Shown piece after piece: positions 18,464 through 27,892 of a stretch of DNA of 32,458 nt; the first letter of the stretch is position 1; each line of letters starts with the position of its first letter. The position numbers were made by a program, and so were the translations under genes. Source of the stretch: Microgenomates group bacterium Gr01-1014_5 (GTDB taxonomy: Bacteria > Patescibacteriota > Microgenomatia > UBA8517 > UBA10165). Under the pieces are notes generated by a model. The model was not told the origin of the DNA and did not search any database. It was given only the letters and a program-made list of their open reading frames with translations. The stretch lies in NCBI GenBank assembly GCA_007376395.1, contig VMGE01000002.1:143118-175575 (forward strand), written 5' to 3'.

Positions 18464-19033
18464 GTGGACTTTTTAAAGGCATTAAAACCAATTCATTGGA
18501 TTTTAGGCGCTGTCGCGATTCTGTTTTTAATGGGGTGGAGTTCGTACAACTCATTTGTTACCCAAACAAACGCTATCGAAGGGCAATGGAAGCAAGTCGA
18601 GGTACAATACCAAAGAAGATTTGATTTAATTCCCAACCTCGTCGAGTCGGTCAAGGGTTTACAGGCTCAAGAGCAAAAAATCTTTGGCGATATTGCCAAT
18701 GCGCGCACTGCTTATACTGGAGCAAAGACAACCGACGCAAAGGTCCAGGCGGCAAATCAGCTCGAATCTGGTTTAGGCAGACTTATTGCCATTTTTGAAA
18801 ACTATCCCCAAATCAAATCAGATCAAGCCGTTCTTAAGCTTATGGACGAGCTCTCAGGAACCGAAAACCGCGTCTCTGTCGAGCGCAGGCGCTATAACGA
18901 ATTCGTGCAAAGCTACAACACTGCAACCAGCGTCCTTCCGGGGAAATTCTTTGCCAGCCTTTTTGGTTTTGGCTCCAAGACCTACTTCGAAGCTGCAGAT
19001 GGCAGTGAGAATCCTCCTAAGGTACAATTCTAG
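18464..19033 (+). CDS. lemA: LemA family protein
   Basis: QYQRRFDLIPNLV, ENYPQIKS, ENRVSVERRRYN; TTGACA-17-TAACCT upstream. Confidence 0.95.
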   Translation: MDFLKALKPIHWILGAVAILFLMGWSSYNSFVTQTNAIEGQWKQVEVQYQRRFDLIPNLVESVKGLQAQEQKIFGDIANARTAYTGAKTTDAKVQAANQLESGLGRLIAIFENYPQIKSDQAVLKLMDELSGTENRVSVERRRYNEFVQSYNTATSVLPGKFFASLFGFGSKTYFEAADGSENPPKVQF

Positions 19034-19036
19034 TAA

Positions 19037-19939
19037 ATGGGTAAGAGGCTAAAGTCCGCAGTAATTACAGCTATTTTTGCGCTTACACTCTTTTCTTCAT
19101 TTACTCTATCTTTTGCCAAGCACATTCCGTCCCCCTCTGGTCACGTTAATGACTTTGCAGGTGTTTTAACGAATGAACAAAAAACAACTCTTGAAAACGA
19201 TTTAGCAAACTATAAAAGCCAGACCGGTAACGAAATTGCCGTCATTCTAGTCAGTAACTTAGACGGCGGAGATATCGACGATTTTACAGTCCGGGCGTTT
19301 GAAGAATGGAAAATTGGTAATGCCGGAAAAGATAACGGGCTCTTGCTTCTTGCCGCTATTGAAGACCGCAAAATACGTATCGAACCCGGTTACGGCTTAG
19401 AGCCCTATTTAACCGATTCAGAAGCCGGAAGTATCATCCGCGATATTGTTGCTCCTGAATTTAAAAAAGGTGATTACTTTACAGGAATTGTACGGGCAAC
19501 AGAATCCATAAAAATTCAACTCTCTGCCGATCCTGCTAAAGAAGCGCCAAGCGACAAAAAAACTCCTCCCTGGGTCAACATTCTAGCTGAAATAGGCCTT
19601 CCCCTGTTGTTTATTGCAGTCTTGTATCTTTTTGCCTATATGTCAAGAACAAAGAGCATTTGGCTTGGAGGCATAGTCGGCGGAGGAATCGGGGCGGTTG
19701 TTGGACTTATAGCCGCTTCTGTAATTATAGCCTTGATTTCCCTTGTTATACTTGGGGTTTTGGGAACAGTTCTTGACTACATTCTCTCTACAGTTTATCA
19801 AAAGCGTAAAACAGAGGGGAAACCAACCGACTGGTGGCATTCTGCAGGCGGATTTTTCGCAGGTGGTGGACGCGGCGGAGGATTCGGCGGGTTTGGCGGA
19901 GGAAGCTCGGGCGGCGGCGGCTCTTCTGGAGATTGGTAA
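19037..19939 (+). CDS. TPM-domain (YgcG-like) membrane protein with Gly-rich tail
   Basis: VNDFAGVL, WKIG..GKDNGLLL, RIEPGYGLE, GGGSSGGGGSSGDW; typical lemA partner. Confidence 0.93.
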   Translation: MGKRLKSAVITAIFALTLFSSFTLSFAKHIPSPSGHVNDFAGVLTNEQKTTLENDLANYKSQTGNEIAVILVSNLDGGDIDDFTVRAFEEWKIGNAGKDNGLLLLAAIEDRKIRIEPGYGLEPYLTDSEAGSIIRDIVAPEFKKGDYFTGIVRATESIKIQLSADPAKEAPSDKKTPPWVNILAEIGLPLLFIAVLYLFAYMSRTKSIWLGGIVGGGIGAVVGLIAASVIIALISLVILGVLGTVLDYILSTVYQKRKTEGKPTDWWHSAGGFFAGGGRGGGFGGFGGGSSGGGGSSGDW

Positions 19940-20197
19940 AAGTAAACCTCTCACCTTTAAACTTCATCCCACCAGCTTAAAATACCTTGTATAACCTTAT
20001 CTCCGCTAGGATCACCAATTCCTCCAGAGATACCTAAATAAAACTCCGTTTGACCTTTACCGAAAGGGGTTTGACCTCTTAAAATTTATAGGCACGTCGG
20101 CTCGCGGGTCGCCAGTTATCCAACTTCTCTCCATGGCGTCTGCCAATCTCTCGTAAAACGGAGCCTCAACAACAGCATTCTCTACCATACACAACTA

Positions 20198-20860
20198 CTA
20201 TAACATATCGTGGCGGTTTTTTTTCTTAAATTTTCTTACCAAGAAGTTTCCAATTAAAAAAATTAAGGCAGCAAAAAAAGCAAACAAGATACTAACTACT
20301 ATCGACCCTTCAGGACTATTGGTTTTAGAAACAGCATAATACCAGATTACATTTCCCGGAATAATTGCGAGAGCCGTAATAAGTATATAGGTAGAAAATT
20401 TCATAGGGGTTAGTCCGTAAGCATATGAGACAAAATCTCCAATTCCTCCTTGCAGCATCCTAGCGGCGATTAGAGTTATCACTCCATATTCTTTAGATAG
20501 CTTGTCGATTTTTTCAATGGCATCTTTTCCTGCAAATTTACTAACTAAAGATCTTCCCCAAATCCTACTTATCCAAAAGTTAATTGTTGCACCTATAAGA
20601 ACCACAAAATATGTATAAACAATTGCTGTTTTCCCAAATAAATAGAAGCCGCTAACTAAAAAGGGTAATCCGCTGATCGGAGCTATCACATAGCTGACTT
20701 GATGGAGAAGTATCCAAGCTATTGGAGCCCAAGGTCCTGAACTTTGCACAAAATTCTCAATCTCTTCTTGCGGAATTTGCTTACCCCAGAAATACAAAAG
20801 GACTGAAATTAAAATTGCTATGGCTAAACCAGCCTGGAACCTGGGATTTAGTTTGAGCAT
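20198..20860 (-). CDS. DedA/TVP38 (VTT) family membrane protein
   Basis: APISG, GATINFWISRIWGR, SYAYGLT; start moved to ATG 20860. Confidence 0.85.
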   Translation of the reverse strand: MLKLNPRFQAGLAIAILISVLLYFWGKQIPQEEIENFVQSSGPWAPIAWILLHQVSYVIAPISGLPFLVSGFYLFGKTAIVYTYFVVLIGATINFWISRIWGRSLVSKFAGKDAIEKIDKLSKEYGVITLIAARMLQGGIGDFVSYAYGLTPMKFSTYILITALAIIPGNVIWYYAVSKTNSPEGSIVVSILFAFFAALIFLIGNFLVRKFKKKNRHDML

Positions 20861-20959
20861 ATACCTTATTTTATTATAGCGGGATAACAATAATCCTTCC
20901 TCAAGTCCAAATAAATCGGGTTCAAAAATGCCAGAACTCTTGGTTTTTAGTTAAACTGT

Positions 20960-21403
20960 TTATCGGTCCTGAGGCAAGGAGACGGTCGGACTGTGGATTT
21001 CAAAAGGCCCGGTAATCGCGGTACCTTCGACAGAATAATTCCCTCTATAGCAAAATTCTCTTCTCACGTACCGGCCTTCATATTTAATATTGCCAAAACC
21101 TCCTCTTTTCCTTGCTGCAGCTGAATAAGTTTTGATAAAGGTAATACCCTCAGACGTTGCTACCCCCGAAAACACCGAAAATCCGACTCTGTCGTGAATC
21201 ACACCCTCGATTACATCCACTCCCATTAAATAACCATCAATAATTCCAAGACCCGGAACTACAGAACAGTCTACCGTTTGTGATGTTCTTCTAAGGATCC
21301 ACAGCTGGAAATTTCCTGAACCATTCCCTTCCCATGATCCAACAAGGTCAGGACTGCCCAATCTCTCAATTTCCGTGGAATGTGTTACTGCTTCTGCGCT
21401 CAC
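20960..21403 (-). CDS. Hypothetical protein (beta-rich)
   Basis: ORF fills the gap; likely GTG start 6 nt after TGTTATAGT. Confidence 0.55.
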   Translation of the reverse strand: MSAEAVTHSTEIERLGSPDLVGSWEGNGSGNFQLWILRRTSQTVDCSVVPGLGIIDGYLMGVDVIEGVIHDRVGFSVFSGVATSEGITFIKTYSAAARKRGGFGNIKYEGRYVRREFCYRGNYSVEGTAITGPFEIHSPTVSLPQDR

Positions 21404-21455
21404 GCAACTACTATAACATACTGCGAAGATTTTCTTTTCTTTCAGTGGTAAAATA

Positions 21456-21902
21456 ATGACCATGTCTAGCATTTCAGAGGTAGATTATCCGGCGCGAAGA
21501 GCGTTTCTCGTCAGAGCCGCTTTCCTTGGCAGTGCGCTCATGGCAGGAGTCGTACTCTTAGAGCTTGCCGGGCAAAGAGAAAATACAGAACAGCAGAGGG
21601 CGCGGGTCGTTTTAGAAGATCCAACAATTATCAAGACAGAGTGGATAGTCTCCAACCATCCTGAAATCCCGGAAGGCGGTCTTGCTGTAAGACCGCTTCC
21701 AAAATCCCAAAGTGCCGGAGAAAACAACATTAAACAACTTCCAGCCGGGTATTTAATAAAAGGAGTTCTCTGGAAAGGACAAGGTGGACAAGCGGAGAAA
21801 GGAATTTTAAGCTGGGTGGCGTTTAAATACAGAACAGATCCAAACGATACCAAAGACCTTGTTGGTTTTGTACCGCTAGACTGTTTAACCCCAAAAGCCT
21901 AA
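21456..21902 (+). CDS. Hypothetical membrane-anchored protein, possibly SH3-like
   Basis: N-terminal RRAFL plus hydrophobic helix; GLAVR..P...W...GFV pattern. Confidence 0.6.
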   Translation: MTMSSISEVDYPARRAFLVRAAFLGSALMAGVVLLELAGQRENTEQQRARVVLEDPTIIKTEWIVSNHPEIPEGGLAVRPLPKSQSAGENNIKQLPAGYLIKGVLWKGQGGQAEKGILSWVAFKYRTDPNDTKDLVGFVPLDCLTPKA

Positions 21903-21930
21903 ATTTATATTTTCTATGATTATATCGGCT

Positions 21931-23016
21931 CTATTCCAAGTAGTCTTGAAGCTTCTTCCGTCTTGAGGGGTGTTTCAATTTTCTTAAAGCCTTGGCTTCG
22001 ATTTGGCGGATACGTTCGCGCGTAACTCCGAATTCTTTACCGACTTCTTCTAAAGTCATCGGTTTATTGCCGTTTAAACCAAAGCGTAATCTCAATACTT
22101 TTGCTTCACGGTCAGACAAAGTGGCAAATACTTCTTCTAAGCTTTCTTTTAAGAGTTCTCGGGAGGCCTGGTCGACCGGTGAGGGTTGGGTTGTGTCTTC
22201 AATAAAATCCCCCAAAAAACTGTCTTCGTCATCGCCAACTTTGGCATCAATCGAAGTAACTTCTTGAGCGATTTTAAAGATTTCGCGCACGCGGTCTGGT
22301 GCAATCTCCATTTCCGTGGCAATCTCTTCAATAGCCGGTTCGCGGCCAAGCTCCTGCATTAACTTTCGTGAGATGCGGAAAAGTTTATTGATTGTTTCAA
22401 CCATGTGGACCGGAATACGGATAGTGCGCGCTTGATCAGCAATGGCGCGGGTAATTGCCTGTCTAATCCACCAAGTAGCGTAAGTTGAAAACTTAAATCC
22501 TTTGCGCCAGTCGTACTTTTCTACAGCACGAATAAGCCCTTGGTTTCCCTCTTGGATCAAATCAAGCAAAGTCAATCCCCGGCCAACATACTTTTTAGCA
22601 ATAGAAACAACCAAGCGCAGGTTTGCCTGAGTTAGTTTTTCTTTAGCACGGCGGTCACTGTTTTCATTTTTTTTGGCCAGATCTACTTCCTCTTCAGGTG
22701 TCAAGAGGCGGAAACGTCCAATTTCGCGCAGATATTGGCGGACTGGGTCTGTTGAAGCTCCGGCGTCAAGCCGGGTTAAAGCTTCGATTTCGCGCTCGAG
22801 TACATCTAGAGATTTGGTTTCGTCAACCAGGTCTGATTCGGTAACCGACTCAAAGACATCGACCCCTTCCCCAATTAGTTGAAAATAAAGCTCGTCAAGC
22901 TCCCCAATACGGTCTTCAGCGTTCGGAAAGACCTCAAGAATCTCATCCTGGGTGAGGAATCCTTGCGATTTACCTTTGTTTAAAAGATCTAACGTGCTTT
23001 TTCGAAGTTTAGCCAT
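21931..23016 (-). CDS. rpoD: Primary sigma factor SigA/RpoD
   Basis: [53 protein letters not shown]. Confidence 0.98.
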   Translation of the reverse strand: MAKLRKSTLDLLNKGKSQGFLTQDEILEVFPNAEDRIGELDELYFQLIGEGVDVFESVTESDLVDETKSLDVLEREIEALTRLDAGASTDPVRQYLREIGRFRLLTPEEEVDLAKKNENSDRRAKEKLTQANLRLVVSIAKKYVGRGLTLLDLIQEGNQGLIRAVEKYDWRKGFKFSTYATWWIRQAITRAIADQARTIRIPVHMVETINKLFRISRKLMQELGREPAIEEIATEMEIAPDRVREIFKIAQEVTSIDAKVGDDEDSFLGDFIEDTTQPSPVDQASRELLKESLEEVFATLSDREAKVLRLRFGLNGNKPMTLEEVGKEFGVTRERIRQIEAKALRKLKHPSRRKKLQDYLE

Positions 23017-23108
23017 ATATTAAAAATACCCAGGAAAATCCTGTGCACTGGTTACTGACTACTGAGTACTGTTCTACATTATACCCCCTCGAGCCTATTT
23101 TGACCATA

Positions 23109-24875
23109 CTACAAGCTTTCTGATCTAAGCTTGGTCAGTTGGCGGGATAGTTCTGTTAGTTTTTCTTCAAAAGAAACTACCTCTTCCTGCTTTCCTTGGG
23201 ATTCAAACTCCCGGATTTTGAACGTTAGTTTTTCTATCTCTTCTTTTATCTGCATCACCGCCAAATTTCTTTTGGCGGATTCTATTTCTTTTTTAACAAA
23301 TTCAGGATCGTTATGTTCGCCAGAAGCAAGAAAAAGGCTGGCAAACAAGTCAACCAATTCGTCTGGGAGTTTTTTAGCAAAGGCTACGGGATCAAAGTTT
23401 TCAATCTTGCCATTATATTGATTTTGCAACTCCTTAATAATTCTTTTTGCTCCCGGTGATTGGAAAACGGCCGTTGTGTCTTCCTCTTGCAGAGTACTTG
23501 GAGAAAAATTAAGCAATAAGGATAAAAGGTGCTCTTCTGTAATAACCCTGCCTGTTCTTACCTCTGAACTTTTCTCTTGGGAATATTGCACAGCGGCCTG
23601 TTTTACCTCTCTTTTTGCAACTTGCGAGAGCACTGCTTCTTCCGGAACCTGCAATCTTTGAGCCACAATCTTCACACAATGGCTTTTGATAATCTCGTCC
23701 TCTATCAAAGCCAAAATAGGGGCAATCTCGCGGCTTATTTTAGACTTTCCTTCGGTTGTTTCGGCGTCATACCTTTTAAACACAGAATTGATTAAAAAGT
23801 CGTGCACTTCTTCCGCGTTCTCTAGAGCCTTTTTTAAACCCTCTGGATCCTTATCCGCCATCTCATCCGGATCCTTGTATTCACCTAAAACAGCAACTTT
23901 GACTGAAAATCCCTGGGCGCGCATTGTTTCCAGACCGCGCCTGGCGGCCGCGTCACCTGCAAAATCGCTGTCCAGGGCAAGCACAACTTCCGAGCAAAAA
24001 CGGAAAAGGAGAGACGCCTGGTCTTCTGTTAGAGCCGATCCTTTTATCGCAACCACGTTTTTTATCCCCACCTGCCAACAAGAAATACAATCCAGCTCGC
24101 CCTCGACAATAATTGCCCGACCGGCCTTTTTAATTTCACTGCGCGCAACATCAAGCCCGTAAAGAGTTCTGCCTTTTTTGTACACTTGCGTGTCAGGACC
24201 ATTAATATATTTTGCTACTTCACCACGGTCTTCTATTACTCGCCCGGCAAACGCCAAAACATTCCCCAAATGGTCTTTTAGAGGAAAAATGACCCTCCCT
24301 CGAAAGCGGTCGAAATATTGACTGCCCCGAAATACAACAAGACCGGCATTTTCAATAACTTTCGGGCTATACCCTCTTTTTTTAGTCAAATAATCAACTA
24401 GCGCCGAGGGTTGGTCCGGAGAGTATCCTAATCCAAAAGCTTTTATTGCCTCGGCGTCTACCTTGCGCTGTTTTAAATAAACTCTCGCCTTTTCTCCGGC
24501 TTTGTGTGTATTTAACACGTACTTATAAAACTCGCCTGCAGTATAATTTATCCTGTATATTTCCTCTCTTTCTTCGTAGCCGGTAAAGCCTTTTAACGGC
24601 TTTAATTTAACCCCAACCCTGTCTGCTAGTATTTTTAAAGCTTGCGGAAAGTCGACTTTTTCAAATTCCTGGACATAACGAAAACAATCGCCTCCCAAAC
24701 CGCAACCAAAGCATTTGAAAATTTGCAATTCCGGAGTAACCATAAAAGAAGGCGTTTTTTCGCCATGGAATGGACAAATACCTTTAAAGTTGCGGCCTGC
24801 GCGCTTCAGCTCAACAGACTCTGAAATGAGCTCAACAATATCAATTTTTCTTTTAACTTCTTCAATTTGATCCAT
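23109..24875 (-). CDS. dnaG: DNA primase
   Basis: CPFHGEKTPSF, CFGC, DRFRGRVIFP, KYIN, VEGELD, DSDFAG, KDPD; start at ATG 24875. Confidence 0.97.
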   Translation of the reverse strand: MDQIEEVKRKIDIVELISESVELKRAGRNFKGICPFHGEKTPSFMVTPELQIFKCFGCGLGGDCFRYVQEFEKVDFPQALKILADRVGVKLKPLKGFTGYEEREEIYRINYTAGEFYKYVLNTHKAGEKARVYLKQRKVDAEAIKAFGLGYSPDQPSALVDYLTKKRGYSPKVIENAGLVVFRGSQYFDRFRGRVIFPLKDHLGNVLAFAGRVIEDRGEVAKYINGPDTQVYKKGRTLYGLDVARSEIKKAGRAIIVEGELDCISCWQVGIKNVVAIKGSALTEDQASLLFRFCSEVVLALDSDFAGDAAARRGLETMRAQGFSVKVAVLGEYKDPDEMADKDPEGLKKALENAEEVHDFLINSVFKRYDAETTEGKSKISREIAPILALIEDEIIKSHCVKIVAQRLQVPEEAVLSQVAKREVKQAAVQYSQEKSSEVRTGRVITEEHLLSLLLNFSPSTLQEEDTTAVFQSPGAKRIIKELQNQYNGKIENFDPVAFAKKLPDELVDLFASLFLASGEHNDPEFVKKEIESAKRNLAVMQIKEEIEKLTFKIREFESQGKQEEVVSFEEKLTELSRQLTKLRSESL

Positions 24876-24936
24876 CTCTCGTAGTACTACTCCTCGAGAC
24901 AAGTATAGCGCGGGAAGGCAAATATGGAGTTTTTAC

Positions 24937-25024
24937 AAATCTTTGATTGGCGGAACGTAATCCCGTTTTGCGGGAAACGTTCCAGCAACGTTTAAATTGT
25001 GTAACAATTTATTACGTTGCGGTG
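24937..25024 (-). repeat. Orphan copy of the tRNA-Ser trailer element
   Basis: 88 bp identical to the reverse complement of 28438-28525. Confidence 0.95.
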
Positions 25025-25044
25025 TCTGTTTGAAAATATCCGAA

Positions 25045-25893
25045 TCAGAACGGAAACGGTGATTTCAGGTTTGTCTTTGGCAGCAAATTCTTTTTTCTGA
25101 TAATTGTAATATTTCTATCTAGAGAGATTTCTTTATGACCTAGTGGTTTAGCGTATGGATTGCTTTCGTCTATCGCTATTTCACAATCAAGTTGTCGCAA
25201 TGCCTCAATTAACATCTTGTGTTCAATATCAGAAAAAGAAGTAATGATAATAATTCCATCTTTTCCAACTCTTTGAATGGCCTGCTGGAATATTTTTGCC
25301 CAAGTTTGCTCATTATTAGAAATTTGCTCATGTCGGATTACAACCACATCGACTTCCTTTGGGATTTGTTGATACTGGTCTAAGTTGGTCGCATCGCCAA
25401 CAATAAATTCATAATTATGGGGCAAAACATATTTAGTAACTCTCTCTGAGAAATCTGGGATTGAGTAACCACTGACAGCTCTTGAAATATCCTTCTCGCT
25501 AATGTCTACACCAATTAACTTTACATTGTTGCTACTACTGCCGAGAGTTTCTCCGCCGAAAAAAGCACTCAATACTATTCCTTCCTCACACTCACCACAG
25601 CCAAGATCGAGTATTGTAGTTTGCCTTTCTTGCGGCGGTTTATATCCGGCTCTTTCAACTGTTGAAACGAGCATATTCCAAAAGCGTTGTATATTATCCC
25701 CAGTTTCTCTTGCACCTTCTAAAACTTTTAAATATCTTTCTCGTTCCTCTGGCGTTTCAAATGTTGATAAGGTGTAATCATCAACAAGGTTAGCCCCTTT
25801 TTCTAGTGGTAAGATTCTGGTTGATAATTTAATTTTATCTTTCAGGTCCGTTTCCGGCTGTACTGTAGGTGGTTTTTCAAATGGTGTTTCCAT
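25045..25893 (-). CDS. Class I SAM-dependent methyltransferase
   Basis: ILDLGCG, LIGVDIS, FIVGDA. Confidence 0.82.
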   Translation of the reverse strand: METPFEKPPTVQPETDLKDKIKLSTRILPLEKGANLVDDYTLSTFETPEERERYLKVLEGARETGDNIQRFWNMLVSTVERAGYKPPQERQTTILDLGCGECEEGIVLSAFFGGETLGSSSNNVKLIGVDISEKDISRAVSGYSIPDFSERVTKYVLPHNYEFIVGDATNLDQYQQIPKEVDVVVIRHEQISNNEQTWAKIFQQAIQRVGKDGIIIITSFSDIEHKMLIEALRQLDCEIAIDESNPYAKPLGHKEISLDRNITIIRKKNLLPKTNLKSPFPF

Positions 25894-25897
25894 AATT

Positions 25898-25951
25898 TTA
25901 TTTCATAAAATCATCAATAGTAATTCCCAAACCCTTGGCAATTTTCATCAT
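25898..25951 (-). pseudogene. C-terminal fragment of an XRE-family HTH regulator
   Basis: MMKIAKGLGITIDDFMK* resembles the final helices of XRE proteins. Confidence 0.55.
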
Positions 25952-25959
25952 TTCTCAAT

Positions 25960-26014
25960 TGGCGGCAAGTACAATACTATACCTGCCTGCAAGATGCAGG
26001 GTTGTATCTTGCGG
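25960..26014 (-). repeat. Sequence-divergent double-hairpin trailer downstream of tRNA-Ser(CGA)
   Basis: CC-GCAAGAT..ATCTTGC-A-GGCAGGTA..TACTTGCC-GCCA. Confidence 0.7.
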
Positions 26015-26073
26015 AGGAGGTGAGATTTGACAATTTGTGCAAACAAATTGGTTGTTCACCCACGCCGCGTAAG

Positions 26074-26159
26074 CGGAGGGTAGAGGATTCGAACCTCTGC
26101 GGGTCTTGCGACCCAACTGTTTTCGAAACAATCGCCTTAGACCACTTGGCTAACCCTCC
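26074..26159 (-). tRNA. tRNA-Ser(CGA)
   Basis: Acceptor GGAGGGT/ACCCTCC-G; anticodon arm ATTGT-TTCGAAA-ACAGT; long variable arm; GGTTCGAATCC. Confidence 0.95.
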
Positions 26160-26598
26160 CAATCCCTTTTTCTAAAACTTCTTTTTCACTCTTGAAAGAT
26201 AATTTTTTTAATGCTTCTTCTTCCAGCACCCAAACCGCTTCTTCTATTTCGTCCTCCCATTGCTTTTCTATTTTTGTGTCTTTGCCGTCCGTCGATTTCA
26301 TTAAATAAAAAACCACCACTTTAAATATTTTCTCTGTGTCCTGGACGAAAAAATACTTAATATCTTCTATCTTTTCCAATATCTGAGCACGCACTCCTGT
26401 TTCTTCAAAAATTTCCCGGATTGCTGTATCGGCTGACTTTTCGCCTCGGTCAATTTTTCCTTTTGGCAATTGCCAGCGTTTTGTCCCTTTGGGTTTAATT
26501 AACAACCACTCCCGTAAGTTGTGATTTTTGCGGAAAACTGCTCCTCCAGCGGAAAAGTGGCGAATTACTTTAATTTGGCTTTCTTTTCTTTTTGCCAT
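26137..26598 (-). CDS. NUDIX hydrolase (Ap4A hydrolase-like)
   Basis: SAGG, WQLPKG and an intact Nudix box GKIDRGEKSADTAIREIFEETGV. Confidence 0.92.
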   Translation of the reverse strand: MAKRKESQIKVIRHFSAGGAVFRKNHNLREWLLIKPKGTKRWQLPKGKIDRGEKSADTAIREIFEETGVRAQILEKIEDIKYFFVQDTEKIFKVVVFYLMKSTDGKDTKIEKQWEDEIEEAVWVLEEEALKKLSFKSEKEVLEKGIGRVSQVV

Positions 26599-27005
26599 TG
26601 ACGCAAGACATCGTTTGCCTGACCTAAAACTTTCTGTTCACGGGCAAGCTCTAATTTGCGGCGAGCGCTGCTATATTTAAGCCACGATCCGTGAAGTGTG
26701 GCTGGGAATTCAGGTTTGCCTGTTCCTTGGCGCATTAAATAAACAATAACCCGCGCGTCTTGGGATTGCCCATTGTTTTTAATAGTCACATTCATCCGCC
26801 CAGCCTCTTCAAGAACAGTAATGCGCAAACCAGCACTTTCTTTTAAGTAACGGATTGCAGCGCTAACCGAGGATTCACCTCGCCTAACGTCGCTTTTAGG
26901 AATTTCTAGGCTATTATTGTCCTTAGATTTAACCAAAAACCACTCGTTCTCCCCGCTTCTCTCCCTAAAAGCTAATGCTCCAGCAATTAATTTATCAGTG
27001 ATCAT
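26565..27005 (-). CDS. Degenerate NUDIX-fold protein
   Basis: PKSDVRRGESSVSAAIRYLKESAGL; start moved to ATG 27005 to avoid the tRNA. Confidence 0.75.
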   Translation of the reverse strand: MITDKLIAGALAFRERSGENEWFLVKSKDNNSLEIPKSDVRRGESSVSAAIRYLKESAGLRITVLEEAGRMNVTIKNNGQSQDARVIVYLMRQGTGKPEFPATLHGSWLKYSSARRKLELAREQKVLGQANDVLRQWQKEKKAKLK

Positions 27006-27024
27006 GTTTATATTTGGCAGTTTG

Positions 27025-27096
27025 TGCACCCACCCAGAATCGAACTGGGATCAGCGACTCCGCAAGCCGCTACTTTATCCGTTAAGCTATGGGTGC
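27025..27096 (-). tRNA. tRNA-Arg(GCG)
   Basis: Acceptor GCACCCA/TGGGTGC-A; anticodon arm GCGGC-TTGCGGA-GTCGC; T arm CCCAG-TTCGATT-CTGGG. Confidence 0.93.
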
Positions 27097-27147
27097 TCAC
27101 GTAGTGAGCGCACATATGGTTCTGGCGAGCCAGGTTCATATGAGTGT
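27097..27147 (-). repeat. 5' leader hairpin of tRNA-Arg
   Basis: ACACTCATATG-AAC-CTGGC-TC-GCCAG-AAC-CATATG. Confidence 0.7.
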
Positions 27148-27156
27148 TTTTAATTT

Positions 27157-27708
27157 TTAACCCTCGAGTTGAACTCTTTTTGAAAGCCAGGAGGCAGCTT
27201 TATCTAAAAAGTTTGGCGCCGCTTCTTCATAAACGAGCCTTTCCTCGAGCTCGCGTCGCAAACGTTCTTTGTCTTGGCTTTGGATAACCATTTCCAGCCT
27301 CCACGGAGCTCTTACAGCCTCAACAATTAACAGTTCTGTCCCAAACGTTCCGAAACGGTCAGAAAACCAAAATCTCGTCAATTCATCCCAACCATACTTT
27401 TTACCCGCAAAATAAAGTCCCTTGTTAGTTAACTTATGTTCGACCTCTTCAGGCGGAATTGTCGAGAGCACGTAAAGTAAAAAATATAAAGCCGCTATCA
27501 CCGCTACCGGCAATAACCCTTCCAAAAAGAACATAACTAAACCAACAAGAATAGCGATCGCTCCAACAGTCGTAAAAAACTGCCGGTCGCGCCTCTTAAA
27601 TGGTCTAACTGGGGCACGCCAGGTGAAAAGATCTTCTTCGCGAACGTTTTTCAAAGTGCTCTCGGCGTCATCTTGCAGGGTAGTATGGGCTTGTTTTTCG
27701 GGCTCCAT
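27157..27708 (-). CDS. Hypothetical 2-TM membrane protein with PH-like C-terminal domain
   Basis: W.AP.RPFK.R, two TMs, then TNKGLYF...YGWDELTRFWF. Confidence 0.75.
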   Translation of the reverse strand: MEPEKQAHTTLQDDAESTLKNVREEDLFTWRAPVRPFKRRDRQFFTTVGAIAILVGLVMFFLEGLLPVAVIAALYFLLYVLSTIPPEEVEHKLTNKGLYFAGKKYGWDELTRFWFSDRFGTFGTELLIVEAVRAPWRLEMVIQSQDKERLRRELEERLVYEEAAPNFLDKAASWLSKRVQLEG

Positions 27709-27727
27709 TGCAGGGTTTTGTGCTCTA

Positions 27728-27751
27728 AGTATACCACTTTTCTGGTATAAT
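27728..27751. promoter_or_regulatory. Divergent extended -10 promoters
   Basis: TGGTATAAT (+, 27743-27751) and TGGTATACT (-, 27736-27728). Confidence 0.7.
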
Positions 27752-27760
27752 GGCTAGGTT

Positions 27761-27797
27761 TGGTAGGTCGCACAAGCAAAGCTTGTGCTTCCTTCCA
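27761..27797 (+). repeat. 5' leader hairpin of tRNA-Ser(GCT)
   Basis: TGGTAGGTC-GCACAAGC-AAA-GCTTGTGC-TTCCTTCCA; begins as a near copy of TGGTGAGGTCGCA. Confidence 0.7.
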
Positions 27798-27803
27798 TTT
27801 CAT

Positions 27804-27891
27804 GGTGAGGTCGCATAGCTGGTCCATTGCGGGGGATTGCTAATCCCCTGAGTCGAATAGGCTCACGCGGGTTCGAATCCCGCCCTCACCG
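27804..27891 (+). tRNA. tRNA-Ser(GCT)
   Basis: GGTGAGG/CCTCACC-G; GGGGA-TTGCTAA-TCCCC; long variable arm. Confidence 0.96.
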
Positions 27892-27892
27892 C

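Noticed and set aside
19855-19936. GGC-rich repeat as a mobile or regulatory element
   Set aside because: It encodes the normal Gly-rich tail of TPM-domain proteins.
19957-20188. Possible small or frameshifted gene on the minus strand (MVENAVVEAPFYERLADAM...)
   Set aside because: Two short frames with no recognisable motif; a call cannot be supported.
21456-21560. Twin-arginine (Tat) signal RRAFL
   Set aside because: The motif is suggestive, but no Tat machinery is visible here and it may simply be a basic patch before a TM anchor.
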